Below the pieces are notes generated by a model. The model was not told the origin of the DNA. It did not search any database and worked only from the letters and a program-made list of their open reading frames with translations. DNA of 64,000 nt from assembly GCF_030028105.1 (NCBI RefSeq), contig NC_092377.1:40812450-40876449 (forward strand), read 5' to 3'. Made by a program: the position numbers and the translations under genes. The stretch is from Mobula birostris (Eukaryota). Positions 49,466 through 62,619 of this stretch are shown piece by piece (positions within the stretch are counted from its first letter, which is position 1; each line of letters starts with the position of its first letter).

Positions 49466-50319
49466 TCTTTATTCTTTCCACAATCCCATCTGCTCTCCTT
49501 CCCCTCACCAATATATAATTGACCTATTTACTGAAACCAAGATCAATTAACCTACTAACCCTCACATCTTTGTGATGTAGGAAGAAACTGGAGCACTTGG
49601 AGGTAACTAACACAGTCACAGTGAAAATGTGCAAACCCATCACGTCATCATTGAACCCAACTCACTACAGTGGTGAGCTTGACTGGGTGCACCACTGTGC
49701 AATCAATAAAACGTATGTATAAATTAATATTTTCTGAACAATAACGTTAAGCTACTCTAGGAGTCACGTATCGGTTTTCTATCTGCATTCTATTCTGTGT
49801 TGCTCGTTTAATATGTTTATTATGATAGTTAATCACATGGGTGTAGCGTGGTAGAAATGAAGTTTTAATCACATGTTCATGATTTTTACAGTCATTTGGT
49901 TAGTTTAGAACTGGGGAGTGGGTCAGGATGATATCTTTTTGTTCACCATTGAATTTCATTCAATTTTGTTTAACCGTTCGCATTTAACTTCATTTACCCT
50001 CACTCAATTCCTCTTAATTAAGTTTAATATCATTAGTTTTATCACTTCAAGATTGCTTGTCCTGCTCATTTCTTAATAAAGGATCAGATACATTTCTTCA
50101 ACCTTGAACATTACTATTATTGGATTCTATGGAAGACCCGTTGACCAGGATTAATCCAACACCCCACCCCACCCCCACCTGCCTCATCTCCAAACTATGT
50201 TGATTGTTCGAGTAGCCACCACAGCTACAATTGCTTGAAATACTTGTACTGTAATATATTCCGTGCTATTTTCAGTTAAGTTAATTGATTTCAGGCAAAA
50301 CAACTGACCTGTCCAAAAT

Positions 50320-50830
50320 TAGCTCATGAACTTCCCCAGTCCATCACAGGTGCACCCTACACAGAGCACATCTACACAGAGCACTGTCACAGGGAATCAG
50401 CATCCATCATCCAGGACATCCACCACCCAGTCAAGATCTCTTCTCACGTACAGGTGCCTCAGGATTCACATTAGCAGATTCAGGAACAGTTATTATCCCT
50501 CACCCATCAGCACTTGAACCAGTGGGGATAACTTCACTCAACCTCACTTGCCCCGTCACTGAACTGTTTGTACAACCGATGGACTGGCTTTCGAGAGCTC
50601 TTCACCTCATGTTCATGATATTTATTGCTTATTCATTTGTTTATTCCCTTATTGATTTGCAGAGTTTGTTGATAACATTGCAACATTAGTTGTTCTTCCA
50701 CCCTGTTGGGTGCAGTCTTTCACTGATTCTATTCTGCTTCTTGGATTTACCCAGTATACCGGGAAGAAAATGAATATCAGGGTTGTATATGGTGACATAC
50801 GCACTTCGATAATAAATTTACTTGAACTTG
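50320..50830 (+). mobile_element. Rex1-type LINE 3' fragment
   Basis: catccatcatccaggac...gattcaggaacagttattatccctc; tail aataaatttacttgaacttg. Confidence 0.7.
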
Positions 50831-51799
50831 GATATGGTGGAAGGTGTATCTTTGGTGTATCCTTTGATTAATAACCATTTTATATCACACTAAAGACAAT
50901 ATTTAACAATTCACATTGGACATGCAATAACCAGATAACTCTCAATAGGGAATTTTTAAATGCCACAAAATTACATCCTGCTTAGCACTACTCATAATAA
51001 ACAGTAGATTCATTCAATCATTGTTCTTGTTTCATAAATCCAAACCACCAACCCTGTTTATTACATATAATTTTTTCCATATTATTTTACCTTGAAATTG
51101 TCAATTTCTAATGTCAGCCCTCCACCACATCAAACTAGGAACTTGGAATTTTAGATCTGTAAGTAATCTTTCCTTGTTTTTGTAGAATGTGAAAATTTTA
51201 ATGTTTGTTTTTTCTAGGGAAATCTTTTCCTTAGTGGTCACAATCTATTGATTAAATAATGGCTCTCTTCCGCACTTATGGGCAATTACTTCCTTGTGTC
51301 TTGAAATCTCAAAGGACATGCAAGCGTATGTTTCTCTTGGTAAAATAATATACATTGTCTCTAGGCACAAGGTGAGAGAAGGACTGTTAGAAATGGATTG
51401 TGTGGAATGACAAACCGAAAAACACAAACCTATGTCCCCACTCTCATAATTAGACCCCAAATTACTTGGAAACAGATGATCTTGTGCAGGTTCACTGTAA
51501 GTCAAATTGCAGGTGGCTGAAATGACTGAGGCTATTACAGCTGCAGAAAGGCCCTCTTCATTAAAATTGTAAAATCATGTGCATAATTATTCTGGATACA
51601 TTACAAAGCTTACATAAAAAGAACTGTGATATTGACGTCTTGTGGAAGCTTTAAAAGTTATGGCTTTGCGTATTGACAGGCAACAGAATTAGAAGGAAAT
51701 TCCCCATATATGCCCTAATATTAATTGGGACACAGGCAGTGTGAAAGATGTAAAGGCCTTAAGAGTCTATAAGTTGCATTCAGAAGAATTCTTTTAATC

Positions 51800-53150
51800 A
51801 GAATGTGGCAAGCCCAACAAGTTGTGGGGACAATTCGGGATTCAATATAAGAAAACTGATCAGGACAGGTGGAGGGAATATCTGAGGAAGTGCATGTGTC
51901 TGGTAATTATAATTCCAGTGGAATTAGCATTGTAATGGAAGGAGATAAAGATAAAGTAAGAGTAAGGATATTGAAGTGGAGTAAGGCCAATAAATTATTC
52001 AGCAAAAGTGGAAACAATTACTTGAGGGTGAATTAACCTCAGATCATCGCGATACATTCAAGAAGGAGATTCATGGAGCTGGCAATAAACTGGTCCTGCT
52101 GAACCAGAGCCCCCTGGGTGACATGGAGGATAAGATCAAAGCAAAAATGAGACGCCCACCTGAAAAGCAAAAAGCCCAAGACAACAATAATTCCAAAAAA
52201 ATTTCATATAGTATTCAAAAATGAATTAAGGTAGCAAAAATTGTTTTGCAAAAAAATCAAAGATCCAAAGGTGCTTCAAAAGTACATGAAGTGTAAGCGG
52301 ATAACTAAAGAAAGAGCAAATTCTGCTGAGGACCAGAATGGTAGCCAATGTGTGGAGGTGCAGAATGAGGGAAAGGTTCTTATTGAATATGTTTGCTTCC
52401 ACAAAATATGTTGATGATTCCAATACTGCAGTTCATGAGGGAACAAAGAATGTTCTGGAGGAGCTCAGCAGCCCATGCAGCATCTGCGGGAGGAAAGAAA
52501 TAGTCGACATTTGGGGTCAAAACCCTGCACTGGTTTTAAGGTTTTAGTATATCTGGAAGTGGATACGTTGACAGGATTGGGTGAGATATAGCTAAGGCTG
52601 TTTAAAGAATCAAGGAACCATCTTTTTTTTAATCCTCTCTATCCACTGAAGTGCTGTGAGAGGATTGGACGATTGCCAACATTGTTTAAGAAGGGGCAAA
52701 AGGCTAAACAAAGTAATTCTGGATAACATGTTCAAATTCAATGCTGGGCAAATTTTTAGGTTCAGTTCTTAGGGACAATACAAACATTAATTTAGAAAGG
52801 GAAAGGTTCTGAGGGACAGTTGCAGTGGATTTGTTAAGGGAAAATTGTGTTTCTCTAACCTGATTAAATAAATAGTTATTGTGATCAATGGATTTGATAG
52901 AATCGCATAGATTTCAACAAGGCTGCCAACAAGGTCCCAAATGGAAGGCAGGTCAAAAAAATTAAAGCCCATGAAATCCAAGGAAGATTGTCAAATTTGA
53001 TTCTTAATTGGCTGAGTGACAAGAAGCAACCAGTGGCAGGTATATCACTGAAAGGGCAGTGAAGAAGTCATTTGGTATGCTTGCTTTCAAATGCCCAGGA
53101 ATTGAGTATAAGATCTATAATGTCATGTTACAGCTATACAAGACATTTGG
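51800..53150 (+). mobile_element. highly decayed CR1 ORF2 remnant with small PLE scrap
   Basis: gaggattggacgattgccaacattgtttaagaaggg; ggatttgttaagggaaaa...ctaacctgat; acaaggtccca. Confidence 0.55.
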
Positions 53151-56100
53151 TAGAGAGATAAGAGACTGCAGCTGCTGGAATCTGGAGCCACAAACAATCT
53201 GCTGGAGGAGCTCACTGGGCTGAACAGCACCTTGGGGGTGGAGAAGAGGAGGAGGAATTGCTGATGTTTCAGGATGAACCCCTGCATGATAACTGAGAGG
53301 GAAGAGACAAAATAAGCAGTATTAAGTGGATAGGAAAGTGGCGAGTCAGGGTCCAGAGGTGATTGGTGAACTGGGAGAGCAGAAGTGGGTGAATGAAGTG
53401 GAGGGGTGAAGGAGGTTGGGTGGATAAAGAAATCAGATGATGATCAGATTGAGCCAGGTAGGAGGGAGGGAGGGGTGGTATTGGGAGTCAGAGGCAGATG
53501 AATGACAGATGGAGGTAGATGGAGCCAGGTGGGGGAAGATGGAGTGAAGGTTGAGACAGCTTCTGGAAAGTGGTAAGTAGGAACACAAAGGGCTACCAGT
53601 GCTGGAATGTGTAAGTAGAAAACCTTGACACGTTTTAAAAAGTACTTTGATATGATTATCTAATCATTTATCTTATTGCAGTTTGTGGGGCTTCGTTATT
53701 TCTGGCATTTGCCCATATTATAGTTCTACACTTCAAAGGTACTTCATCAAGACAATTCAGGACATTTTAAGGTTGAAAAGGAATCGAATAAAATCGCACT
53801 CCTTCCTGGCATTTTCCAGGAACTGTAGCTCCACACACAAGAGTCAATGCAGTGCAGTGAAATGCTCTGAAATTCTCTGTCAGATTTGACCTCAAGAATC
53901 AAAATGATAGTCCAGCTTGCTAGTGCGGCTCACCTCTGCAATCAAGCAGCTATTATACCTTGTCTTTTTCAGCATGCTGGACATTCAGTTGGTCCTAAGG
54001 TAGAGCTCACCAAACTCCTCGTCTCAAGGCCCCTTTACCTGAATACCCTTACAATGTCGCATTCAGAGTGGGTGGAGGAAACAAAGATCTAGACACCCAG
54101 TTAATATCCTGCATCATGCCTTGAGGAGATGATATTTTAACCCAGAATAATAATCCAAACTACCAATAATTTAAGGCCATAAGACATGGGAGCAAGATTT
54201 AAGCCATTCATTCCACTGAGTCAGCTCGATCATGGCTGACGCATTTTCCCTCTCAACCCCGTTCTCCCTGTAACCTATGACATCCTTACTAATCGAGAAA
54301 CTGTTAACCTCTGCTCTAAATATACCCAATAATTTGGCCTCCACAGACAGCTCTGGCAACTTGCAGTAACTCAAACAGGATCTGGACAAGGAAAATATGA
54401 ATGCAAAAAAAAAAATTCTGTGTGCAATGCTAAATAGTTTCCTGCTCCCCTCATAGTTTCCTGTTCTGTTGTTTATCTTCTTCCAATGACTTAACTGGAG
54501 CACAAAGCTACAGATTGTATTGGATATGTGAAAACTGGCCAAGATGATGCCCCACACAGGCTACAGTGCAGGGGTGGGGGTGGGGGCATGCAGCAACTTC
54601 ATTAGCAAGTGATTTTAGTGCCTGGGTGACATGTAATGCTTCACCAAGGCAGTGCCATTTTAGCAGGAGCTCCACAGTGACGTGTTGTAACATTACACAT
54701 CTCTGACACTGCCACAAAAAATCTGACCTTGCTTGCATGATGTTCCATGATAGCAGCAGCAGTTGCCAATGGAGTCTACAGCTGGCAATGGTGGTCCAAC
54801 TCAATGGCGAGAGGGTCCGGGTACAGACAGGCATGGGCCCTCTATGCAAAATGCTGAGAATTCTGGACCCAACTCAGTGCCGTTGGTATTGCTGCTGTGT
54901 ATTCATGCTCCAGTGTTACAGCAGCTATGGCATAAGTGTGTTGGATGATAATTAACATTGACCAGTAGCCTCAATGCACAGCTTCTCACTTTAACAGTGC
55001 ATTGGTGCGACTATCAATCACATTAAGTGACCAATGTTACACTTCAATTCCATCATGTAATGCAGAAAGTACTTGCACTGTACAATTGAATTTCCTAGCC
55101 ATTATATTGAATATATTAATGGTCGCATGGTTACATGGTTAAGAATAAAACTTTTTGATTTTTTTTCCTTTTGTTCTCTTTTTCAGTTAATTATGAGGCT
55201 GATTTCCTAGCATGAGGTTTGTCCTAGACCTTAAAGAACATTACACTTTACTCACTGGATTTCAAAAGAATGAGTACTGTTCTCATTTAAACATAAAGGA
55301 TTCTGAGAGCAATTAGCAGGGTGGATGTTGAAAGTCTGTTTATTCCCACTGGACAGTGTAAAACCAGAGGTATAAGTACCAGATTAAGCAGGTAGCCTTT
55401 TAGGACTGAGATGAGGGGAAGGTATGCAGTAGTTTGTACATCTTTGGAATTCTCTCTCTCAGGGTTATTTATGAATGTTCAGTCACTGAGTATATCAGAG
55501 TCTAAAGGATTTTTGAAGACAAAGGGAATTACAGCACATATGGAATTTCCTTCTCAACTTCTTTTATCTACATTTTCTATAATTCATATCTGGCTTAATA
55601 TTTTCTTGGCAATGTTATGAGCCTTTTCTATTAATCCAATTGTGTCCTTAAACCCCTTCATTAGCCTCAGATGAATCAATTTTATCTTTATTTTTCACAA
55701 GAATATATATTTGCTAGGAATTTTAAAATAACTCAGCAAGTGCTTGCTATTATGTGTTTATTGGCAAACTTCTCCTCATACCTACATAATTTACATCACT
55801 TAAGTTTATGACCGATTTCTGGCTGTGCTGTATCCGATTTGCAGTACTGATTTGGATCTGTGAGTTGCTTATCAATGTTACTAACTTTCATGCTGAAAGA
55901 TTCAAGGTCATGGTGCTTCTAATACACTATAATTCAAGCATTTTTCCATAAAAGAAAAAAAAGGTTATGTGTTTGGTTTTACCTTGATTAAGTAGCATTA
56001 GTAGCCTCAGAATAAGTTGATTATATTTACTCCAATAACCCAGATTTTTGAGCTTCTGCCATTTTCAAAGAGGCAATTGTTGGTCAAGGCACCAAATTGC

Positions 56101-56169
56101 TGCCCCTTTTAATAAGTTAATCACCATTATATTAACCACAAAGTTCAAGTGAAGCACATGGCAGGAAGG

Positions 56170-56500
56170 ACAGCCACTACCTGACAGCTCGAGAGACCTA
56201 GGTTTAACCCTAACCTCAGCTGGTGCGGAGCTTGTAGGTTCTCCCTGTGACCATGTGTGTTTCCTCCTGGGCTCCAGTTTCATCCCACATTGCAGACATG
56301 TACTGCAGGGTGTTAGGTTAACTGACCAGTGTAAATTGCCCCTAGAGAGTAGGTGAGGGGTAGAATCTTGGGGGTTTTATGAGAATGTGGAGAGGATATA
56401 ATAAGGGATTCATGTAGCCATAGTGTAAATGTGTGGGTGATGGTCAGGGTGGGCTCAGGTTGACTAATGGCCCTGTTTCAATGTCTCCGACTCCATAAAC
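56170..56500 (+). mobile_element. V-SINE-type element
   Basis: gacctaggtttaaccc head; ttctccctgtgaccatgtgtgtttcctcctgggctccagtttcatcccacat core. Confidence 0.65.
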
Positions 56501-58072
56501 CCCAAAACGGTAATTTTTCATTAGCCTCGTTATTGAGAACCAATAGATTTTAAAATGATCATCTAACTTCAGGCTTTACTTTGGTGATTTGAGCCTTCAT
56601 CTGAATCACTTTATAAGAGATAATGAAACCTTGTATGTTCACAAGGAGGTACAACTGTCCCAGCTGAGAGCTGTTCTTGAAGGACAGGGTCACAGGGCTG
56701 TTGCATAAATCCTAAAGTCTACATTTCATTTGAGTAAAATGCCTGAATTAACTCAAATTCTTCTTCAATACAGAACAGTCTAACAAATTTATTTTAAAAC
56801 TACCACAGACCCAGGTATGTCACAACTAAGTATGAATTTAGAGAGCCAGTGAAATTGTTTTATATTCCTTATTTAATGGAAATAACATTAAAAGGACAGA
56901 AGTGTACTGACTCATTTGTTGTCCAGCAAGTCATTACTATATCTGGGTTTCTGATCCCAACTCTGTAATGATGGAAACTTGTCTTACTAACCGGTCTCTG
57001 AAATGAGAAGAGATATCAGAGGAATAGATATATTGGATTGCACTTGGGCTGGTTCCTGCCAAGTGAACTGCCAACAAGTTGCCCACTCTTCTACTGCCTA
57101 TTGCAAAGAGAGCCTACAAGACTACAGCTGGAAGGAGAAAATAACAGCGTCAAGAAGGAAAATATAGAGATAATTTTATTTATTGAACAGCTCTAACACT
57201 GTGATATCCATCCTGTAAATCATAAGTTATTTCCTCTTTGTTGTACACTGAGACCATCCTACCCACTGATCAGTTGATGGTAACCAGCAGTTGTGCCCGT
57301 AAAACAACATTTTATTTGTATGTGAAAAGGTCTGTGGATCTACTTTGTTTATACTCTGTGGTCTAGTCCTTGCAGTGCCGTCCTTCCTGTACTTTGTAAA
57401 ATAAATGCTAGCAGATGTGTTTGGTGAGCATGTGGCACAAAATAAAATAAACCTGAGGATTTCATAGTGCTCCACTAAAATACGTTTGTTTTTCAGTCAA
57501 CTAAGCAATCACATGTGGACTCCTGAGTTTTTCTGGGCAACAACTGGTTCTTGTAAGTCCTTTCATTATAGTTGAAATCAAAGAGAGAGGGTCTAAGTCT
57601 AAATAAAACAGGTCAGCATTTGTACTGTGATCAATGAAATGTGTTCAATCTCTCATGCAAATTAAGAAAATTATACTTTCTCTTCATACTTGCAGTGGAG
57701 AAAGTGCAGACTATCCACAAATAAACAACCTCGTCAAACAAAAGGAAAATAAAAACTTAATGCTTTCCAATCCACTGGGAAATTGCAGAGAAAAATTATT
57801 TTTAATGTAATTTTTTGTATATAAAATACAATATATTCCCCATTATAACCACCAGCTTATTTATAGCTCCTGAGACATGGGAGCATTAAAGAAACATTTT
57901 ATATTGAACTGGTCCTCAATTGCTGGGGCACTATTAGTCTATCATTCTGAGAAAACTTCTCCTTTCCCAAGCGTGTCCCTGCCTCATAGGGACATTGCTG
58001 CTACTTCTTGAAGTTGAACTACTAGATGGGCATCATTTTTATTGCAAGAAGATGGAGATGAACAGCAAGGAC

Positions 58073-60424
58073 AGAAACATAGAAAACCTACAGCATAATA
58101 CAGGCCCTTCGGCCCACAATGCTGTACCAAACATGTACTTAATTTAGAAATTATCTGGAGTTACCCATAGCCCTCTATTTTTCTAAGCTCCATGTACCCA
58201 TCCAGGAGTGTCTTAAAAGACCCTATCGTATCTGCCTCCACCACTGTTGCTGGCAGACCATTCCACACACTCATCACGCTCTGTGTAAAAAAACTTAGCC
58301 CTGACATCTCCTCTGTACCTACTTCCAAGCACCTTAAAACTGTGCCCTCTCATGTTAGCCATTTCAGCCCTGGGAAAAAGCCTCTGACTATCCACACAAT
58401 CAATGCCTCTCATCATCTTGTACACCTCTACCAGGTCACCTTTCATCCTCCGCCACTCCAAGGAGAAAAGGCCGAGTGTACTCAACCTATTCTCATAAGG
58501 CATGCTCCCCAATCCAAGCAACATCCTTGTAAATCTCCTCTGCACCCTTTCTATGGTTTCCACATCTTTCCTGTAGTGAAGTGACCAGAACTGAGCACAG
58601 TACTCCAAGTGGGGTCTGAACAGGGTCCTGTATAGCTGTAACATTACCCCTCAGCTCTTAAACTCAATGCCACGGTTGATAAAGGCCAATGCACCATATG
58701 CCTTCTTAACCATAGAGTCAACCTGCGCAGTAGCTTTGAGTGTCCTAAGGACTTGGACCCCAAGATCCCTCTGATCCTCCACACTCTCAAGAGTCTTACC
58801 ATTAATACAGGTTTCCCCCGCCATCCGAAGGTACAGCATTCCTATGAAACGATTCGTAAGCCGGAATGTCGTAAAGCGAAGAAGCAATTACCATTTATTT
58901 ATATGGGAAAATTTTGTGAGCGTTCACAGACCCAAAAATAACCTACCAAATCATGCCAAATAACACATAAAACCTAAAATAACAGTAACATATAGTAAAT
59001 CAGGAATGATATGATAAATACACAGCTTATATAAAGTAGAAATACTTTTCCACAGTCATTGCCTGAACTGTTCTCTGTAGCAAAAATCTCATGCAAGTGC
59101 CGTCGGCAAAAACACGGCGCAAGCGCTCTCCAGTAACCTTTAAGCTATGAAGCTGCCAAATCATACCAAATAACACATAAAAATACACAGCCGATATAAA
59201 GTAGAAATAATGTATGTACAGTGTAGTATCACTTACCGGAATTGGGAAAGTGCGGAGCACACTGATGGTAGTGTGTTAGGCTGGGTCGTTGGAGTTTGGG
59301 TGGTGCAGTGGCCCCCACCCTCCGGGCAGCGAACCAATACCGATCCGCGAAGCATGCAGCGGTAGCCAGGAGACACACAGCATATCTTTAAGAAAAAAGC
59401 CGAAATAGACAAGCTAATTAATTAGGTGCCGCCCGGCACGAAATTGTCAGCCCAGATCAATGCCGATTGCATCGCCTCTGATCTGGGCCAACAATGACGT
59501 GTTGGGCGGCACTTAATTAATTAGTATGTTTATTTCGGCTTTTTTCTTAAAGATGTGTGGTGTGTCTCCCGGCTACTGCTGTATTCTCCGCAAATCGGTA
59601 TCTGTCCACGGCCTGGGTGTTGGGGTGGTGGGACACTGGGGTGTCATCTCGTCGTCTGTTTCCATTAGTGCAGGCAGCTCATCTTCTCCTATGACTGCCC
59701 GCCTCGATGTTGAAGGTCGAGGTTCGTCGTCTGCTGTGGCTGATGTGGAAGGTTTGCTTGACTACTGAGCCTCGCGCATTTTTCTATTGTACAGTTCTTT
59801 GTAAGCACTCAAACAATCCTGCAAATATCCCCTAAACGGACGTACCCTTTCAAAATTAAAGTTGTACTTTATCATTATTCATTCGGATTTGATTGTTATC
59901 CTTTCCTCTTCCAATTGCATCAGCTCTTGGTCATGGGATGCCAAAACTTCTTCAACATCATCTTCATCAGCTTCCACAAGCCAAACTCACTTAGTCCTTA
60001 CTTCGTTCACCACAATCAAAACGCTTAATTTTGTGTAGTTTTACGCTAAGTGAAACACCCTTACGAGATCTTTCAGGCTTTTCCGATACCTTAGAACTCA
60101 TCTTGCAAACGGCCGCTCACAGGCACGTGTTTAAGCAATGCCGGTGAGAATGCCGTTCCGAATCCAGGGGAGAACGGCTGCTCGGGGCGCGCGCTGCCTT
60201 TTATCGCGCGCTACTTTTTTTAATCGTGCGCTGCTTTTTTCGTAACAGTGAAAACACCTCTGTTAGCGAAAACAGGGTACAGTACTAATGTAGGTCTTTC
60301 GTAACAGTGAGGTTTCGTAAAGCCAACGTTCGAAAAGCAGGGGACACCTGTACTATATTCTGCCACCATATTTGACCTACCAAAATGAACCACCTTACAC
60401 TTATCTGGGTTGAACTCCATCTGC
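58073..60424 (-). mobile_element. CR1 LINE 3' fragment split by a Tigger insertion
   Basis: QMEFNPDKCKVVHFGRSNMVAEYS (60351-60424) joins INGKTLESVEDQRDLGVQV (below 58807), then LYRTLFRPHLEYCAQFWS... Confidence 0.92.
58808..60350 (-). mobile_element. Tigger/pogo (Tc1-mariner) non-autonomous DNA transposon, 1543 bp
   Basis: TA TSD on both sides; TIRs CAGGTTTCCCCCG / CAGGGGACACCTG; minus-strand transposase N-terminus MSSKVSEKPERSRKGVSLSVKLHKIKRFDCGERSK (CENP-B/psq HTH-like) joined to an acidic C-terminal remnant; DDE core absent. Confidence 0.92.
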
Positions 60425-60949
60425 ATTGATGATGATGAACACCAAAAATTTAAGGAAGTAGATTATTTGCTTTGAAGGAGAGATTTTAAGATAATTTGGT
60501 TGCAGTTTTTAACAAGTTTCTGAGCTGTTCAATTGCAACAAGTTTAAAGGTCAATAGAAGACTGGATTGCAGAACACGCCTTCGTGCACTAGAGATTCAA
60601 AAACATATATAAAATAAAGGAAAATCTTCAACTTAGTGAGAGTAGCAGGAAGACTGAATTTACTTTCAGATGCTCTAAATCTCACAGGTGAAGGACTTGG
60701 ACATGTATAGTGGGTCCTAGCTCCTCCATTGTTGGGTGAGGAGCAATAGAGGATTTTTCAGGCTGAGGTCCATACAGGGCCTCTTTAGCCAGAAGGATGA
60801 CAAAGGAGTTGGGATGGTTGTGGTAAGTGCATTTGCACAACAAACTACTGGAAAGGCTGACACGATCAGACACAAATCACGAAGGTCAAAATCAAAGTCA
60901 TGTCAAAGTAAACTTTATGATCAAAGTAGGAATACAATATCACAATTGC

Positions 60950-62150
60950 AAGAAAATCTGCAGGTTGTGGAAATCCGAGACAACACACAAAAAATGCTGA
61001 AGGAACTCAACGGGTCAGGCAGTATCTATGGAAATGAATAACCAGTTGACATTTCGGACTGATTCCCTTCATCAGGACTGGGAAACAAAAGATGAGAAGT
61101 CAGAGTAAGAAGGTGGGGGTAGCGGAGGAAGAAGTACAAGGTGGTAGGTGATAGGTGAAATCGGAAGACAGGGTGGGGTGAAGTGAGGAGCTGGGAAGTT
61201 GATAAGTGAAAGACATAAGGGGAATCTGATAGGAGAGGGTAGAAGACCAGGGAAGAAACGGGAGGAGGAGCATCAATGGAGTGATGGACAAGTAAGGAAG
61301 ATGGAAACCGGAATGGGGAATGGTGAAGTGGCAGGGTGGGGCGGGGGGGGAGGGGTCAAATGGTAATTACTGGAAGTTTGAGAAATTGATATTCACGCCA
61401 TCAGGTTGGTGGCTACCCGGGTGGAATATAAGGTGTTGCTCCTCCAACGTGAGTGTGGCCTCATCGCAGCAGTAGAGGAGGCCATAGACTGACATGTCGG
61501 AATGGGAATGAGAAGTAGAACTCAAATGGGTGGCTACCAGGAGATCCCATTTTTTTCTGGTGGATGGAGCATGATGAAGCAATCTCCCAATTTATGTCAG
61601 ATCTCACCGATATGGAAGCCACAATGGAAGCACCGAATACAGTAGATGACCCCAACAGACTCACAAGTGAAGTGTCGCCTCTCCTGGAAGGACTGTTTGA
61701 GGCCCTGAATGGTAGTGAGGGAGGAGGTATAGGGTCAGGTGTAGCACCACCAAGCACATCTTTCCCTCCCCCCCCCCCCCACTTCCTGCTTTCCGCAGGG
61801 ATCGGTCCCTAAGAGACTCCTTTGTCCATTAGTCCCTCCCCACTGATCTCCCTCCTGGTACTTATCCTTGCAAGTGGAACAAGTGCTACACCTGCCCCTA
61901 CACCTCCTCCCTCACTACCATTCAGGGCCCAAAACAGTCCTTCCAGGTGAGATGACACTTCATCCGTGATACGGTACTATTGGAGTCACCAACTGTATCT
62001 GGTGTGGCCTCATGTATATTGGTCAGACACGATGTCGATTTGGAGATTGCTTCACTGAGCACCTACGCTCTGTCTGCCAGAAAAAGCGGGATTTCAATTC
62101 TACTTCCCAGTTCCATTGCAACATGTCATTCCACGGCCTCCTCTACTACC
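60950..62150. mobile_element. two Penelope-like fragments in inverted, head-to-head arrangement
   Basis: 60950-61750 minus (SHSHSDMSVYGLLYCCDEATLTLEEQHLIF) and about 61751-62150 plus; shared segment 61668-61747 vs 61883-61961 is reverse-complementary. Confidence 0.85.
61042..61081 (-). ncRNA. hammerhead ribozyme core (PLE-associated), partly decayed
   Basis: Minus strand: ccagtc CTGATGA agggaatcagtcc GAAA tGTC aactgg. Confidence 0.5.
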
Positions 62151-62154
62151 ATTC

Positions 62155-62600
62155 TAGAAACTCCCCCTCTTAGAATCCTGCATATTCCCCCATTGACTAT
62201 TGTAACATTGCCCCTTTGGCACGTATTTTCTATCTCCCACTGTAATGTGTAGACCATTTTGGGGTCTGTATTTAACTCTCAGTAGAGTATTTTTACCCTT
62301 GCAGTTCCTTAGCTCTATCCACAATGACTTAATGCCTTCCAACCCAATGTCACCTCTTTCTAATGATTTGATTTCATTTTTTACTATTGGGGCAAAGCCA
62401 CCCCCTCTGCCTTCCTGCCTATCCTTTCAATACAATTTTTGTCCTTGGACATTAAGATCCCAGCTATAATCTTCTTTCAGCCATGGTTTGGTGATGCTTA
62501 CAACATTATATATACCAATCTATAACTGTGCTACAAGTTCATCTTCCTTATTCCATATACTGCGTGTATTCAAATGTAACACCTTCAGTCCTGTATTCAC
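62155..62600 (-). mobile_element. CR1 APE-region fragment
   Basis: IKSLWIELRNCKGKNTLLRVKYRP. Confidence 0.75.
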
Positions 62601-62619
62601 ACTTCTTGATGCAATATAA

